The translations under genes were made by a program, and so were the position numbers. Under the pieces are notes generated by a model, which was not told the origin of the DNA, did no database searches, and saw only the letters and a list, made by a program, of their open reading frames with translations. 64,000 nucleotides of DNA from Octopus sinensis (lineage: Eukaryota), in assembly GCF_006345805.1 (NCBI RefSeq), contig NC_043003.1, positions 105,772,001-105,836,000 on the forward strand. Reading direction: 5' to 3'. This document shows positions 60,601-64,000 of the stretch, one piece after another; position 1 is the stretch's first letter, and each line of letters begins with the position of its first letter.

Positions 60601-63600
60601 CATACATTGTTACGAAAATTTAACCTTTTAGGCTACTTTCAAGCCTTCGCCATAACTTGATTTATCTTTCTATCTCTCTCTCTCTACAAAATTTAACCTT
60701 AGGCCAGGCTACCTCAAGCCGTAATCCTATCTCTTCCCATCTCTTCCCATCTCTTCATCTCTTCCCATCTTTCAGCCATTGGCGGTCTTTTTTCCTCCTC
60801 TCACCATTACGATTCTATAATTTAAATTCCCAATTCAATTTCAACTCCCGTTCGATGTCCGCAGCAAGTTCTTAAAAATTTATCTTACTATTTTATTCGT
60901 TGTTACTACGTTTCTTCATACATTGTTACGAAAATTTAACCTTTTAGGCTACTTTCAAGCCTTCGCCATAACTTGATTTATCTTTCTATCTCTCTCTCTA
61001 CAAAATTTAACCTTAGGCCAGGCTACCTCAAGCCGTAATCCTATCTCTTCCCATCTCTTCCCATCTCTTCTCATCTTTCAGCCATTGGCGGTCTTTTTTT
61101 CCTCCTCTCACCATTACGATTCTATAATTTAAATTCCCAATTCAATTCAATCAACTCCCGTTCGATGTCCGCAGCAAGTTCTTAAAAATTTATCTTACTA
61201 TTTTATTCGTTGTTACTACGTTTCTTCATACATTGTTACGAAAATTTAACCTTTTAGGCTACTTTCAAGCCTTCGCCATAACTTGATTTATCTTTCTATC
61301 TCTCTCTCTACAAAATTTAACCTTAGGCCAGGCTACCTCAAGCCGTAATCCTATCTCTTCCCATCTCTTCCCATCTCTTCCCATCTTTCAGCCATTGGCG
61401 GTCTTTTTTCCTCCTCTCACCATTACGATTCTATAATTTAAATTCCCAATTCAATTTCAACTCCCGTTCGATGTCCGCAGCAAGTTCTTAAAATTTATCT
61501 TACTATTTTATTCGTTGTTACTACGTTTCTTCATACATTGTTACGAAAATTTAACCTTTTAGGCTACTTTCAAGCCTTCGCCATAACTTGATTTATCTTT
61601 CTATCTCTCTCTCTACAAAATTTAACCTTAGGCCAGGCTACCTCAAGCCGTAATCCTATCTCTCCCATCTCTTCCCATCTCTTCCCATCTTTCAGCCATT
61701 GGCGGTCTTTTTTCCTCCTCTCACCATTACGATTCTATAATTTAAATTCCCAATTCAATTTCAACTCCCGTTCGATGTCCGCAGCAAGTTCTTAAAAATT
61801 TATCTTACTATTTTATTCGTTGTTACTACGTTTCTTCATACATTGTTACGAAAATTTAACCTTTTAGGCTACTTTCAAGCCTTCGCCATAACTTGATTTA
61901 TCTTTCTATCTCTCTCTCTACAAAATTTAACCTTAGGCCAGGCTACCTCAAGCCGTAATCCTATCTCTTCCCATCTCTTCCCATCTCTTCCATCTTTCAG
62001 CCATTGGCGGTCTTTTTTCCTCCTCTCACCATTACGATTCTATAATTTAAATTCCCAATTCAATTTCAACTCCCGTTCGATGTCCGCAGCAAGTTCTTAA
62101 AAATTTATCTTACTATTTTATTCGTTGTTACTACGTTTCTTCATACATTGTTACGAAAATTTAACCTTTTAGGCTACTTTCAAGCCTTCGCCATAACTTG
62201 ATTTATCTTTCTATCTCTCTCTCTACAAAATTTAACCTTAGGCCAGGCTACCTCAAGCCGTAATCCTATCTCTCCCATCTCTTCCCATCTCTTCCATCTT
62301 TCATTCAGCCATTGGCGGTCTTTTTTTCCTCCTCTCACCATTACGATTCTATAATTTAAATTCCCAATTCAATTTCAACTCCCGTTCGATGTCCGCAGCA
62401 AGTTCTTAAAATTTATCTTACTATTTTATTCGTTGTTACTACGTTTCTTCATACATTGTTACGAAAATTTAACCTTTTAGGCTACTTTCAAGCCTTCGCC
62501 ATAACTTGATTTATCTTTCTATCTCTCTCTCTACAAAATTTAACCTTAGGCCAGGCTACCTCAAGCCGTAATCCTATCTCTTCCCATCTCTCCCATCTCT
62601 CTCCATCTTTCCATTTTGCCATTGGCGGTCTTTTTTCCTCCTCTCACCATTACGATTCTATAATTTAAATTCCCAATTCAATTTCAACTCCCGTTCGATG
62701 TCCGCAGCAAGTTCTTAAAATTTATCTTACTATTTTATTCGTTGTTACTACGTTTCTTCATACATTGTTACGAAAATTTAACCTTTTAGGCTACTTTCAA
62801 GCCTTCGCCATAACTTGATTTATCTTTCTATCTCTCTCTCTACAAAATTTAACCTTAGGCCAGGCTACCTCAAGCCGTAATCCTATCTCTTCCCATCTCT
62901 TCCCATCTTTCAGCCATTGGCGGTCTTTTTTCCTCCTCTCACCATTACGATTCTATAATTTAAATTCCCAATTCAATTTCAACTCCCGTTCGATGTCCGC
63001 AGCAAGTTCTTAAAAATTTATCTTACTATTTTATTCGTTGTTACTACGTTTCTTCATACATTGTTACGAAAATTTAACCTTTTAGGCTACTTTCAAGCCT
63101 TCGCCATAACTTGATTTATCTTTCTATCTCTCTCTCTACAAAATTTAACCTTAGGCCAGGCTACCTCAAGCCGTAATCCTATCTCTTCCCATCTCTTCCC
63201 ATCTCTTCCCATCTTTCAGCCATTGGCGGTCTTTTTCCTCCTCTCATCACCATTACGATTCTATAATTTAAATTCCCAATTCAATTTCAACTCCCGTTCG
63301 ATGTCCGCAGCAAGTTCTTAAAAATTTATCTTACTATTTTATTCGTTGTTACTACGTTTCTTCATACATTGTTACGAAAATTTAACCTTTTAGGCTACTT
63401 TCAAGCCTTCGCCATAACTTGATTTATCTTTCTATCTCTCTCTCTACAAAATTTAACCTTAGGCCAGGCTACCTCAAGCCGTAATCCTATCTCTTCCCAT
63501 CTCTCATCTCTCTCCCATCTCTTCCCATCTTTCAGCCATTGGCGGTCTTTTTTCCTCCTCTCACCATTACGATTCTATAATTTAAATTCCCAATTCAATT

Positions 63601-63854
63601 TCAACTCCCGTTCGATGTCCGCAGCAAGTTCTTAAAAATTTATCTTACTATTTTATTCGTTGTTACTACTACGTTTCTTCATACATTGTTACGAAAATTT
63701 AACCTTTTAGGCTACTTTCAAGCCTTCGCCATAACTTGATTTATTTTTCTATCTCTCTCTCTACAAAATTTAACCTTAGGCCAGGCTACCTCAAGCCGTA
63801 ATCCTATCTCTTCCATCTCTTCCCATCTCTTCCCATCTTTCAGCCATTGGCGGT
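54651..63854. repeat. Tandem satellite array, ~30 units of ~306 bp, in SYCP3 intron 5
   Basis: I counted 30 occurrences of gatgtccgcagc. Units are near-identical, differ mostly by small indels, and each contains (CTCTTCCCAT)x2-4. Confidence 0.97.
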
Positions 63855-64000
63855 GCGCGCCCGCCCCCCCACCCCCACCCCAATACCGATGAACACTGTT
63901 CTCACCCCCACCACCAATACCAGTATACCTGTCCTCACCATCTACACACCGATACGCCTTACTCTCTACACCGGGTACGCCCTACTCCCTCTCTCCTCCC

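Noticed and set aside
54651-63854. Satellite unit as a tandem tRNA/5S/snRNA gene or CRISPR array
   Set aside because: GTTCGATGTCC only loosely resembles a B box; there is no A box or cloverleaf and no variable spacers.

Overview
AT-rich, microsatellite- and SINE-dense eukaryotic genomic DNA. The repeat families are of the kind I recognise from Octopus, so a coleoid cephalopod is inferred. Three protein-coding genes were reconstructed by hand. (1) A + strand terminal exon (1191-2135) ends in an Ikaros/Hunchback-type C-terminal zinc-finger pair. (2) A six-exon, 274-aa gene on the - strand (33768->12306) that I cannot assign to a family; the ORF track shows it only as fragments. (3) The first five coding exons of SYCP3 on the + strand (46355-54119); the intron after exon 5 holds a ~9.2-kb array of ~30 x ~306-bp satellite units. 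The rest is layered mobile DNA: tRNA-derived SINEs, RTE, CR1-like, R4/Dong and HERO LINE fragments, mariner, pogo-, hAT- and piggyBac-like MITEs, Helitrons and several fold-back palindromes. The most novel-looking signal is two families of small Penelope/retrozyme-like elements carrying minimal hammerhead ribozyme folds (seven motifs). In one family the stems co-vary between copies. Four motifs lie in sense orientation inside introns of the unknown gene. Repeat boundaries are approximate unless TSDs are given.
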